A stretch of DNA of 64,000 bases from Rhynchobatus australiae (Eukaryota). Every line of letters starts with the position of its first letter. The first letter of the stretch is position 1. Where the stretch lies: contig JAUZTB010000062.1 in NCBI GenBank assembly GCA_034780895.1, positions 18,561,967 to 18,625,966 of the forward strand, in the 5' to 3' direction. Positions 1 through 13,800 of the stretch are shown here, piece after piece. Below the pieces are notes generated by a model, which saw only the letters and a list, made by a program, of their open reading frames with translations, ran no database searches and was not told the origin of the DNA. The position numbers and the translations under genes were made by a program.

Positions 1-399
1 GTCTAACCCCCCCCCCCGCCATAGAAAAATGGCGTGGCTCTGAGAAGCTCTGTGCCTTGGAATCATTTCTGGTTTTCTTTTTAGTTTACAATGGGAATAA
101 AAATATGAATAATGAAGAGATAACAAACTATAAAATTCAAAAAGTTGCTTGGTATCAATATGTAATTATATTTCAAGGACAACATAATATTATAGTTTTA
201 TGATGTCACTAAGTAGAACCTATTTCATCTAAGCAGGGTTTTCTAGAGATTGGCCTCTGGATTCCTAGGTGTAGTAAAATTACAGCAGAAAACACTGACA
301 ACAGACTGTCAGGATTTACTAATTGGTAGCCAAAAGGAATAAATTTATGATCTTCAAATACCCTTTACCTGAATTGACCAAAGGTGGTGGTGGATCTTC

Positions 400-590
400 A
401 GGACCAGCTCTTCGACTACTGGGAAGAGGTGGTTGAGGAGGGTCCTGGCAGTAATTTCCCTGTGGCATTAAGCAGGGAGAGCCCTCTATTGTTACCACTG
501 TTGGATGTTTCCTTTTCTTGAAGATAATCATGATTACAGCATCTCTGAGAGCCCCTATGTCATCCTTTTCCTAGCTGAGATTGTGGATTT
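400..590 (-). mobile_element. Degenerate RTE-clade LINE reverse transcriptase fragment
   Basis: Frameshifted minus-strand translation DAVIMIIFKK..SGNNRGLSLLNATGKL.ARTLLNHLFPVVEEL matches the RTE-type 'NYRGISLL..GK..ARILLNRL' block. Confidence 0.65.
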
Positions 591-629
591 GTGACTAAAA
601 CTCTTCAATCTCAAATTTTAGGATTTCAG

Positions 630-1015
630 AAGCTGTATAGTCACTGTGTACTATACAACAGCCAATTGTAATCACTGTAAGACCATACAAGAAAGATAAG
701 AATCAGATAATGTGTTAGTAATACTGGTTGTCTCCAAAGAGAACTTCCTTGTTGTGCTTTGGATACAGCCATTGAACTTTACATGTTCAAATGGGAAGAA
801 AGGCACCTTCAGTTTAACATATTTTCTGAAAGTCAGAAACCTCATTCAGTGGAGCACACCTAGAGTTCTTGTATGAGACTTCATCTGAAAGATGGTACGT
901 CAGATAATGCAGCATATACCCGAGTTCTGCCAATTGAGATTATATATTCACACCTCTGGAGTTGATTTGAACCAATAATTTGGCTCAGAGGAGTGATACC
1001 ACATCACTGAGGCAA
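630..1015 (-). mobile_element. Degenerate Deu-domain SINE (SacSINE1/AmnSINE1-like)
   Basis: Reverse complement resembles Deu-domain blocks (ttcatctgaaagatggtac..gataatgcagca; gtttaacat..tctgaaag) and the 38150-38710 copy. Confidence 0.5.
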
Positions 1016-4000
1016 CTTTTGATTGAAGTTGAAAAGAGGATGTTAAAAGTGCAGTAATCTTCATTCTGGGTGTTGGGTGCATGTTGTCTGTAGGATTCAT
1101 TAACATTCATGCTAAAGTATGCATTTGAAATAGCTCATTAAAGATAACAGGAGTATAACTAATTACAACAGAAATACTGAGAATGGTTTAAATTCAATGA
1201 TTTATTTTTTTTCCTTTTAACAACAGTCTACATTTTAGTCAGCAAGCTACTGATGGGTCTGGTTCCAAACCAGCCAACACATCTTTATTAAAGTTTGCTT
1301 TATTTTGTATTTATAAAGTTTAAAAATATCCAGTTTTTAGTTATCCATCATTATAATTGCAATATTAAAAATAACTTTGGCCTTTGCAGCTGTAAACATG
1401 CATGTTTATAAGATAGTATTTTTATATTTAGATAATAACACTGTATTAGCAAGTTTTTCTAAAACCTCACTGAACATTTCCAGACCATGTAATGGGATTG
1501 CATATGCTTAGCTGAACTATTGATAAATCAAACCAATTCAGTATTTTTTTCCAGTATTGCCTGATTTACCATGTTTATCATCCTGGCTAGTAATTGTTCA
1601 CCTAGTCTCACTGTCAATTCTTCTGATGTGATTGTTTCATATTGTTGATTATCAGTAATGACTACATCATTCAATCCTGCATATCCAAGTGATTAATTCT
1701 GAGAAGAGTCCATTGCTCTTCAGCAGATTCTGAGTTTTCCTGGAACAGTTATCCAGTTAAGTTATGCATATATTTTTGAACAAAAATAGTGGTTACATTT
1801 TTGTTTAGTTTTAAATTCAACTTGGGGAAGCCATGGAATTGTACAAAATTCCAAAACTGACATAGAAGATTATTTTCCTAATCTAAAAGTATTATGAAGC
1901 CTTGATTTGAAAACCTGAACCAACAAATCAATATTAAAATTTGTAATCCTAGAAGCACTACTAATTAAGAAAAGCAGATAATAAAAGTACAAAATGCATT
2001 TTCATTTCTGAAAGCATCTAATTTCTTCACAGTCATTTTAATATTGCAAATACTTATTCACAATGACCATTTGAAATCTCAAAACATTCACAGTTCCTGG
2101 GGACCCAAACCTGGTGGTTACATTGGAATTATGTTCTCTGGTACCATCTGAAGCTTCTCTTCACTTGCCATGAAGCACTATCACTTCACTATCTATCCCA
2201 ATTCTTTAAGAACATCTTCCATGCAAAATTGCCAATTGTCTCATAAGGGAATTTTGATCATTAAACTCAAACAGGAAATTCTTTGCAATGGCACAGAACC
2301 TCTGTAACAAGATCCCTATAATTTTCTTAGAAATTCCACTGGGCCTGACAGGAGGCTGAGATTCAAGCCCCCACCTCAAAAGTTCCCTTTTATCATTTGC
2401 CACTTTTAGTTAAATTTAAACACAGTGCACATTCATTACATCCTCATTCCACTTTACAACAGCCCTCAAAACCTGAACTGAAATTTAGAATCCCTTGCGT
2501 TAAACAGACTTTTAACAGGCATACTACTGTTAGAATTGAACATTTATCTCACAGATGTGTAGTGATAATATTCATTAGTTATTGACAAGTCCATCACATA
2601 AATATCTTGGCCTAAAACAGATAGGAACAATCTTGAGCTGGTGGGGGGTGGGGAGAAATATTGTATTTAGGACAGCTGAGAAAGTAAGGGACACAGTTCA
2701 TTATTCTCCAATTAAATATTCACATCTTATTTGGAAAAACTTGATATCAGTGATTATCATTAAGTTATTTTTTTCAAAAAATTACAATTTCTTTCACTAC
2801 ATAGTGTTAAGAGCACAGGTAAAATTTAGATTCAGATCCATGTACACTGAAGGGATTGCAAAAATCTACACCTGCATATGCAATCGTGTTCTTAGTTGAG
2901 GACTGAATGTAAATACATTCAGTATATCCAATTGCATTATAATCAAAAGGGCTACGTAATGCACACAAATGCCACAATTTGGAAATTTCCCTTTATTCAA
3001 GATAAAGCTGCTTAACTCTGGTAGTTTTCTTGCCAAAGTTGTTAACTCCAGCCCAATACTCGACTGAAACTCAGTAAACATTGCAATCCCCAATCTTTGA
3101 AGCATGTGTAGAATAACAATCAGTACAAGAAGATAAATAGGTGACACTTGTGTAACAGGTTAGCCAAGGTCTAAACTCATTTACAATTGTGATACTTACA
3201 CTCTAGATGAGCTTTGTATAGTAAGAAAAAGTTCAGCAAAATTTAGACTATACTTTCATTCTAGTCACTTAGTCCTTTTCCTTGANNNNNNNNNNNNNNN
3301 NNNNNNNNNNNNNNNNNNNNNNNNNNNNNNNNNNNNNNNNNNNNNNNNNNNNNNNNNNNNNNNNNNNNNNNNNNNNNNNNNNNNNNNNNNNNNNNNNNNN
3401 NNNNNNNNNNNNNNNNNNNNNNNNNNNNNNNNNNNNNNNNNNNNNNNNNNNNNNNNNNNNNNNNNNNNNNNNNNNNNNNNNNNNNNNNNNNNNNNNNNNN
3501 NNNNNNNNNNNNNNNNNNNNNNNNNNNNNNNNNNNNNNNNNNNNNNNNNNNNNNNNNNNNNNNNNNNNNNNNNNNNNNNNNNNNNNNNNNNNNNNNNNNN
3601 NNNNNNNGCAATTTCAGAAGCTATAGTACGTCTGAAGTGAAATTCAATTCAAATGAGTTATCAGACTGTGCTGAGCTGTTCAGGTATTCCAGATTTTTAA
3701 AAATGTACAGTGTAGATTGATATTTCTGCAGTAGATTCCAAAAAAAAAATGGTTTTGTCATTGGCTCACCAGGTGGACCAGAGCTGAGCAAGATATTTAG
3801 GATTGCAATGGTAACATAATACTGTACAGGTAGTATGAACACATTTAATTAGGAAGCAAGACTATTATATGATGATTTTGTCAAATCAAATCATTTCAAT
3901 AACTTGAACATTCAATAACTAAAATTAGTGTTTGGCTCAGTACTAATTTCAGTCTAGATTTGTACCAGAACATGATTCCAACTAGTCAGTCGGTACATTT

Positions 4001-4738
4001 CGATGATTCAGTGGCAAATGTCCCAAAATTATGACACTATATGGCACAATGAAGCCACAGTGATATGCATCAATAGGAAATCATCATCATCTCATGGAGA
4101 TGTAAGTGACAACTGCTACAATATGTAATGAGGCATCCCTGTAAGAATGCATAGAGTTTCACTGTTGACTGCCTAGAACTGCATAACGAACACCGACAAG
4201 CTGCCAACTTGTTATCCTAAGAACAAATCACACACACCAACCACACAGAGAGAGAGTCTAAATTTTCAAGCAGACAGGATGGCACCATTCATCAACACTT
4301 TGCCAAAGATATCTGTGTAAAAAGCAAACAGAAATATGAGAAATGGTGATCTTGAGTGAATCCATGTCTGTTTGCATGAGATCAACTGAAGATTTTTTTT
4401 ATAAATTGTAAAGCAGAAGAGAAGGTTTAGTTGAGAAGAGATAACTATAGCACTTTGGCACACAGCTTTCACACACATTAATTTCAGACACAGTCCATGA
4501 ACCCAAGCTATACGGACAGAGATGACATTTTTACCACAATAATTCAGGATTTGGTTTTTAGTTCTTTTGCAGAATATGTGCAGGTGTAATGACTCATCCA
4601 AAAGTGATGTCTGGTTCAATTACTTCTTCAATTTTCCTGGAGCATCACAGGTTTCCTTCCCACTAAAGGAAAGCCTTTTTCTCACTTTCTGGAAATTTCT
4701 CCAAAAGAACTGCAGCTGATGGAAAAAAGGAGGCAGAA

Positions 4739-4811
4739 CTATTTTCGTTGATCACTGTCTTTTGCGGGACACCAGACGTCATGATAGAGGAGGCAGTGTA
4801 TAGATTTGAAC
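4739..4811 (-). CDS. RFNG: RFNG exon 8 coding part with stop
   Basis: tcag|G TTC AAA TCT; (R)[26 protein letters not shown] at 4741-4739. The 3' UTR continues leftward. Confidence 0.93.
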
Positions 4812-7800
4812 CTGANNNNNNNNNNNNNNNNNNNNNNNNNNNNNNNNNNNNNNNNNNNNNCTAATTTATGGCAGTCATTTTTTCTTTATATGCACACTAT
4901 GAAGAGGAAGATAGTAAAGTTGAGGTGCAGGACACAGCCAAATGGCTTGATGTACTGGCTGAAATTGAAAAGTCCTTTTGTATCCATGTTCAGTTTATCA
5001 TCATAATCATATGTAGACCCAGGTCCCTAGCACACAATTAGTAAGGAACTCTGCTTGTATATAATATTAAAGGGAAATATCAAAATGTTACCTAAAAGAC
5101 TCGCTCGGCACATTGGAAGCCATTGCCAAGATTGAAAAGGACAAAGACAAAAATAAATTGGAAAAATATCAAGGGACAGGTAATCCAAGACACAGGCATA
5201 CGTCTTCAGTCAAGTAATACTCCATACCAACAAAATGCCTCTCAGACTGAGCTCTGCTGAAGTGGATTTAAAGATACATTTGACAGTTCCAACTTGTTGA
5301 TTTAGAAAATAGCATTGCAAGGAGCTGGACAGAGATTTCTACTCAATGCTGAAAGTTACCTTCAGAAGCTGGTATAGGCTTGTGCCCTGTAATAACAAAA
5401 GATATCCTATCTATAAGTCCAGTCCTGTTTTTAAAGCCTCCACCCATATATCAGCAGTGCCATCGATAGGCTAACATCCAGTACCACCAGAGGCACCCAT
5501 CCAGATCTTATCACATCTCACAACAAAACAGGTTATCACTCTAGCCAGGATAGTGGAAGCGAATGCAATAAAATAAGCTTTAGAATCAAGGATTAAATCC
5601 TTGATTCTGGTCAGTTTCTCTAGACCAGAAAAGGGAAATAATTATATCTATAAGTGCCAAGCCAAGCATCTATAAGTGACATTTATGCTCATAGCATTTA
5701 TTTTCTTAAATTTCTTACAACTGTAAGCATCTCTTTTCAAATGAATTACTGTGTAACTTAAAACTGACCATTTGCTCCTTCCATCAAAAGATAAATCCTT
5801 TTTTTCAGTCTGCTTCACCCAACATGCAAGTTCAAAACAGAATAGGTTCTTGTTGTCAGAGAAGAGCTCAGGGAATTTCCTAGATTTTGAATGATTCAAC
5901 ATTTTAAATTGCTTATGTGTTTTGATTAGATTTTGATGAATAGTTGTCAACCAAATTACTTCAGTTTGGTTAAAGAGGTTCTTAACAATATTTCATTGAT
6001 AATTAAAATACTTAGTTATGGTATCGTGTAGATTCACATAACTTTTATCTTCAGTAAATTTACTGCAGACTTTGAAATCCTACTTTATAATTACCATCTC
6101 TGACTTGTATTAGAGGGTTGACCATAAAGCATTTGAAGTACTGGTAAATATGGGAGATGCCTTTAGGAAGTGAAAATATAAAACAAGTCTCTGTACCGTG
6201 AAGGATCCTCTGCAAAGCTGAAAGGCCCTTGGACTCTCAGTACATTCCGCTTCATGTCCGAACTTCCATAGCTTAAGGTAACCTAAAACAATTGCAATTA
6301 ATAATTTAGGTACTACATGCAGAAACCTTAGAATATTGGGATAGAAATTATCTTTGGTAATTGGAGCTAACTGAACACTATATTGTTGTCCATCCAACTC
6401 ATTCTCTTCAAGTTGTTTAGTTCTCTTTAACTCATGGAATGGGAAGGAAATACAACAGAGGGTCAATGCTGTTATGCCTACTGAATTTATATCATACAAT
6501 GTTTTTTCATCAACTGTGTAAATTGCCAAATACTATCCACTACCTTATAGCAAAGTGATGAAAAGAGTTCTCAACAGTGCTATTGAGAGTTCAGCAACTA
6601 GCTCACTGATGTTCATTCTGGATTCCACCAAGAACATTTAGCTCTAGAAGTAATCACAGCCTCCACCTAAACATGGACCAAAGAGCTGAATTTCAGACGT
6701 CAGCTGAAAGTGACAGATCTTGACATCAAGGCAGCATTTGACACAGGAAATGAAGCAACTCTGGGAGAACTGAAGTCAGTGAGAATTAAGTAGAAGGCTC
6801 TCCACCCAGCAACAAAGAAAAAGATGATAGATATCAGAGGTGAAATATCTCACCTATAGGATGACACTGTAAACTACCTCAGGGCCATGGCCTCTGTCCA
6901 ATCATCTTTAGGCGCTTCTTCAAAGACCTCCCTTTCAACATTAAGGTCAAAAATACAGACATTCACTGATAATCGCAGTGTTCCATTCCATTTGCAACTC
7001 TCGGATTATGGAACAGTCTATGTCCACATGCAGCATGATCTGAGTGACCTCACAGCTTGGCCCATTAATAACAAGTAACATTTTTATTGCCAAGGAGGGT
7101 ATCACTGTGGGCTGCAGTTTGTACCATCTGCATGATGCACAATAGCAACTAACCAGGATTTCCTTGACAGGTTGTCCAAAACCACAACCTGGGCAGTCAA
7201 CTTCAAAAAGGAAGGACAGTCAACGTCACCACTTCCAAGCTTTCCTTCAAGTCATGTACTATTCTGACTGGAAACATTTTGCCATTCTTTTGTAGCTGCT
7301 CGGTCAAAATCTTGGAACTCCCTCCCTAACATCATTGTGGCAGCACCTTCACATGTACTGCAGTTGTTCAAGGAGGTAACACACTATCCCTTTTTCAAGT
7401 GGAATTAGAAATGTGAAATAAATTCTGACCCTGCCTATGACATCCACATCCTGTGAAAATGTCTGCTCCATTGAGGGCAATTCTGCAGACTGCATGCTAG
7501 TCAGCTCCTTCCTGACTCTTGGTGTATCTGCATTTAACGTAAAAGATGTAATTTAACAAGCACAGATGTGATAACAACCTACATCACTATGGCTGCATTT
7601 TGGATGCCACCCAGAGCAGGAAAAACTATTTCATCATGTCACTCATTCATCTGTTGTCAACTATCCATCCAGTCCCATCTTATTTTATAGTAGGAGCAAA
7701 AACTGTGATTGAAGTTCCAATAAGTTAAAGGCTGGGAACCTTTTCCAAGCAGTATGAATGCTAATGATAGGGAGCAATACCTTGAGGCATTTCCAGCAAT

Positions 7801-10800
7801 GGAACCACCTATTCTTGGCCTTATGACCTCTGCCATCATTCTACAATTGAGGAGGACAAGAGTTCTGTCTGAGTAGCATAATGCTTATTTAGGCAGCCTG
7901 GCTGAGTAAGCATTATGCTACTCAGAGAGAACTTGAACTCACTACAACTGATCCTGGCTAATTCTCCATCTGATTTGCTCTTCTTCTCTTTGACCTACAC
8001 CAGCAGTGCACCATTTAAACAAGGGTCAGTAATGCTGTGTTGAATAGTGTGGTGGGCATAAGGTTGGGTGCATCTCTAGTGCACACCCACTTTATGTGCC
8101 CAGAAGCCTCCACCCACCCAAGGGGTTGCAGGGAGCCCGGATATCCCAAAAGTTACCTGCATCATGTGGGGTAAAACTGGACCTTACAAACCACAATGTC
8201 CCTGGTTTGATTCCTGATGTATCTCAAGTTAGCAGATAGCAACTGAGTAGGAATGGGAGTAGCTAACTTTTGGTTGGGTAAAGCAAAAAAATCGTGCTCT
8301 GTAAGCCAAGACCACCACCTTGCTGGAAAACATGCTGACTTGGGTGCTAGATAAGTTATGGTAGAATTAGACTTGCTTCTGATCCTGTCATCAGTCAAAT
8401 AATCTATTGACATTCACTGCTTGGGCTCAACTGATGACTGGTCATGTGGGTAAAATACGGTGTCACATTCAAACCTATCACCAACACATATGATTGCTTT
8501 CAGGGAAAGTGGAGAAAAGAGAAAGATAAGTCTAAGTAATTCTAACTGGAAGACTGGTGAGCCTGACCTGTTTGGGGATGACTGGTGGTGGGATCTGCTG
8601 CAGATTTTCGAGGTGTGAGTGGAACAGGTCACTGTGAATCATCTTCACCTCCAACAGACCTTCGATGATGTAGCCAATCGTGCAGTCATCTGGGAGCCGG
8701 ATCTTCTCTGCTGTACTGATAAAGTTCCCAAAGCTGTTAATGAAAATGAAAAAGTGATATTTATACAAATTGTGAATTTTATCCTTTCTTACAATTAAAA
8801 CACATTGATTTTAGAACTGAAGGAATCAACACAATTCTAGCTTTCAATACTATTCAAATCAGATGACAGTAAAGGAAGAATTAGAGAGGGCATAGTAGAA
8901 AGCAGAAGGGCAAAGGAATGACAAACAAGAGAGATGGTATCCATTATTCTTACACAGAAATGACTTTCCACAAATGTAATAATAAGTCAGTGACAAACAC
9001 TCAGAAAATTTCTACCCATAATCAGTCTTACCTTCATTGGACTCTGCAGGGTCAGTAACTTTGCATCTAATAGTGTTGTGTGCTCAGAAGCCACCACTCA
9101 CCCAGATGGTTGAAGGAAAGTAATGCCCAGAAATCCCAAAGGTTACATACATCATGTAGGGTAAGATGTGGTATATTTAGGCATAGGTCAAGAGGTTCTT
9201 TGGTTTGCATGTGATTTACAGCGAGACTAACAAACTTTGAAACAACACAAGCTTGAAGTACCAATGAAAGATGAGGAAGAAAGGAAACACTAACACTAGT
9301 GTGAGGGAGTGACTGGGAGGACTCAGTTACTCTGTTTAACACTGAGTATTCTTGTAATCAGCTCCGCTAAGATTAGCCTTTGATCTACATGGTGGCAATT
9401 AAACCTGTATTTTTTTTACAATTTCAATGCACAAGATTCTTTTGGTGATGGGTTATGGATGCAAGTTTAACAACGTAACACTGACCATGTCAAAGTGTTT
9501 AACAGGAAATACTGTGAGATGTATTTATCCTGCAAGACACATCCAATTCACTTGTTCCTTATTCTTTTGCCCTTATGGATTCCACTATAATTTTTTTGCC
9601 ACTAATAGCCATTTCCTTCCTATCATCAGACCACAAGTGCTAGCCTGGGAAAGCTTCACTGTAGCTTGATTCAGTAATTAATCAAACTGTGGATGTTTAG
9701 AGGACAAGGTATGTTTCATCTATTTTAATCTCACAGACACAATTTTGCTTTTCAATCAGAAGCCAAAGAGTGAGCACTAGGTCTTCAAGAAGTCTTAATT
9801 TTAGATGACCCCATTGTGTCCACCAATATGTTAAAATGATCTAATATTACAGTTGCCCAGATAGCGAGAAGAAGTAGATTTATCTACAAAAAGAAAAAGT
9901 AGCCTGAAGTGACTGGTTACTAGTGACTGTTTTATCAAGCATTTACTGTGGGGAAACTACAGATTTTGAGACTTCTTGTTTCCTATTTTAAAGGCCCTTA
10001 TACATTAGTGCACCAATTTCATCTCAAAATCTATTAGATCCAAAGGCCTTTAACTGCTAAGCATTCCCCTGCATTTGGCTTCCTTGATTTGAAGTTAATT
10101 GTTAATCGTGGACATAACAATAGTAAATGGTTTGGCTTGCAAATCATTGTGTACCAGTCAAGTCAGGAACATAAATCAGCTTTTGATGGGAAACACTATG
10201 ACTGGCTTCCTGGAAGGGGGTGCAAATCAGTCAGCTGCAAAAGTCTAGAAGCGGAGTGGTATAGCAAGATTCAGCAGAGACTGAAGAAAATATTTGGACT
10301 TGGTTAACCATGTAGCAAATAACATGGAAGGAAGCAGCTGCAGTCAGCAGAAAAAAAGTCAATGGTCAATGAGTTTGTTTTTAAGAGTACACACAGTCTG
10401 AAGGCCGATTGGATACAGCTGTGAATTGAAAGCAAGCTCTGTGCATGTGTATGCACGCAACAAGTTTTCATGCAGATTTTGAATTAGCACTCTAACCAAC
10501 CAATACCTGCTTTAGTGCTCAGTGGAATGACAGAAGCATAGCTTTTATATAATTAAACAATGCATATAGAGACCAAATTATGTCTCACTGATTGCTATGA
10601 GCAAGTGACCCAGGTGAATTTTTATTTTATGTCAATCAGGTGTGAAAAAACATTTATTAATAATCATCAACATGAAGTATTTACAGATCTTTTGCTGTAG
10701 TAAAGATTCTTAAGTATTGAAAATCGTGTTTATAAATGACATATTCTTGATGTGTTACAATTAGTTATTTTGTTAATTCATAGCTTTAGTTCCTGAGAAA

Positions 10801-13800
10801 NNNNNNNNNNGAAACATATGTATAGAACATACAAATGCTGCAGTGAAATTAGTTCAGTGGGTGCCTGAAGAATTCAACTTATACCAAGCATTGATATCAG
10901 TGAATTTCTCTTCCCAGCAATTTTGCAAAAGGCTCAGGACAATAAGAGGAATTAACATCAAATATGAAAAACAAATATACTAATACCAATACTGAGTACA
11001 GAGCATAAGAAAATACGGTACAAGATGGCCTTTTAGCCTTTAAAGCTCATTCAATCCCGAAGAGCTGGAGCAAGTAGGGTCTTGATTTAACATCCATCCG
11101 AAGGATAGGATAATAAACAACAGCAGTTTTTTAGTATTGCACAGGAATCTGATTCAAAATAAGTGCTTAGTCTGGAGCAGGTTGGAACCCAGAGATTTTA
11201 GACCCAGATCCAGGGCTGAGCTTATCTGGCACTGCTACAATAGAGTGTTTCCTGGGGTGTAATCAGATTGGCCCCATTAATTATAAGAAGAAAGACATAC
11301 ATTTTATATGTACTTCTTATACCTCAGATTATTCCAAGGTGCTTTGCAGACATTGTGGTACTTTTGAAGTCAACTAGATACTGGCTCTAAGATGACGATT
11401 TTCAAACACAAGTGAAAGAAATCTCTGTTGGGAATTGAGGGAAAGCTTGGCAGAAAAAGTAGAAAGACTGATGCATGCAGCTAACTAAATAGTCAATGGA
11501 TAAATAGTTAAAAACAGTACCTGGCCCAGGGACTCATTTTTAATGCCAGCCCACGGCTTATGCAGAACCCAGCTCCTCCTGTAGCGAACCAAAACTTCAC
11601 AGAGGTCTAACAGACACAAAGAAGACCATGTATAGTCCACATCATTCACAAAAATAACCAAAGAAATTAGTACAATTATAAGTCATATTCAATTTAAAAC
11701 ATCCAGCCACACAAATGTGGTTCTCCAGAGCCAGGATTCCAGGTGGAAATATGAGCGGATCCCAGAAAATTGATTTTTCAAAACTTGTGGAGAGAAAATG
11801 AGAGGATAAACAGTAGTGCTTGGATACACTGATATCTGGGTCTCTGCCCTGTCACTAAGGAAACATATTGGGTGTGTAAGTATGCTTGGCAGTAGCAAAT
11901 AGATTCTGAAAGAAATAAGCACCAGTTAAAAAAAAAGAGATTGGTGAGCTTTAAAGCTGATAAATCCTAGAGGCACAAGGTGGTAGTGATAGGTAGATGC
12001 AGGTAAGAGATAGTGATAGTGCCCACCTCATCTCCCCTCTTTTGTCCACCTATCACTTCTCTGCTTTCCCCCCCCCCCTATTTATTAGGCTTCCCCTTTT
12101 CCTATCTTCAGTCCTGAAGAAGGGCCCTGACCCGAAACATTTGTCCCCTCAGATGCTGCCTGACCTGCTGAGTTCTTCCAGCATCTTGTTGTTTTTTCAT
12201 CTAAATATCAGTCTTTTGTTTCTCTAAATGCTGAAATCTACAATTAAGATTGTAACAAAAGAATATGATGCTATAGAGTGACACACACAGAAATGGACCC
12301 ATCCATGCTGACCTTTTTGCCCATTTACACTGATCCTATATGCCTGCATTAGGTCTGTGTCCTTCTTTGCCTTGCCTGTCAAAAAGTCTCTTAAATGTCG
12401 TGATTGTATCTGACTCCACCAACTCCTCTGACAGAAATCTGGGAAATCCATAGCTGCATAAGTGAATGATCAACATACAGTATGTTAACGGACAACCCAG
12501 CTCCCCCAAGGGGCTTGCATGCACACAACCTGACACAGTGGAGTGAAATACAAAACTTGGCATGTCAGATCCAGTTTGCCAGTCTATTAAGATCTTAACC
12601 CCACAGATACCAAATCCACATGTTTCTCCGTGCTAAAATTGCCTCCCAATGGCATTGTCATCATCATCTTTACATCCTGATTTTCCTCCCCTCTCTCTTG
12701 CACTATCTCATTCACCTCTTTTCATCTCTCCTTTAGTCTTTTCCTTGGAACAAGATCATTCAGCTTCTCAGACTTGGTAACCACTATATTTAAGTGATTG
12801 GTCCACTTGAATATCTGGTTAAAAGTAAACCCCCAGATATTGATGGCCAGGTGAAGTTGTTATACTCCTTGTTGTATGAGATCTTTGCCAGGCATCTGTA
12901 AACTTGAGCACTACTTGCCACTACCAGCCTATGGCTGGACATTATGCAGGTCTAGATACTGCATTCTTTGAGGAGTTGTAACTAAAATGGAACTTTGTGC
13001 AAACCATCAGTGAACATCCCCATCTCGAAAAATAAATACAACTGAACAGAGTCGCATGAATTTATGATAGGAAAATTAGGTTTGACCAATCTGCTAAAGC
13101 TCTTTGAGAAGCTACCTCATAGAATAAAGAAACCTCACCTGGAATATTGTGTATAGTTTTGGTCTCCTTACTAAAGAAAGNNNNNNNNNNNNNNNNNNNN
13201 NNNNNNNNNNNNNNNNNNNNNNNNNNNNNNNNNNNNNNNNNNNNNNNNNNNNNNNNNNNNNNNNNNNNNNNNNNNNNNNNTCTCTAGAGTTGAAGGAGAT
13301 CTCATTTCTTACAGGGCTTGACAGGCTAAATGTTTTCCCTAACTGAGAAGAGTAGGACCAGGGATCACAGAATAAGGGCCAGGCTGTTAAGGACTGAGTG
13401 AAGGAGAAATTTCTTTACTCAGAGGGTGGTGAATCATTGGAATTCTCTATCCCTGACAGCTGAGGAGGCTCAGTCATTGGTTCATTCAAAACAGAGATGG
13501 ATAGATTTCTAGACATTAAAGGAATCAACAGATATAGGCATATTGCAGGAAAATTGATGGAAGATCAGCCATGCCCTCGATGAACGGTGAATGAGGTTCG
13601 AGAGGCCAGATGACCTGCTCCTGCTCATCTTTCTGAGGTTATGTTTTGTTAGCTCTTCATACTGAAACACATTTCTAACACTTACCGACCCACCACTCTT
13701 TACTCTCTCTACAGCTTCAACAGGATGATCAAGGCTTGGTCTACCAATATAAACATCTTGGGTGTGTGAGTATGCAGACAACAGGTAGACCAGACTGCGA

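Noticed and set aside
17-34. CGCCAT-agaaaa-ATGGCG inverted repeat with a YY1-like AAAATGGCG
   Set aside because: At the window edge with no context; too short to support a regulatory call.
319-531. Pro-rich 70-aa ORF resembling an exon of a neighbouring gene
   Set aside because: Alternative frames give RTE-type RT motifs, so it is a decayed LINE read out of frame.
1200-3000. Candidate RFNG poly(A) signals on the minus strand (TTTATT on + at about 1201, 1285, 1300, 2992)
   Set aside because: AT-rich sequence gives many hexamers; the real 3' end cannot be chosen without transcript data.
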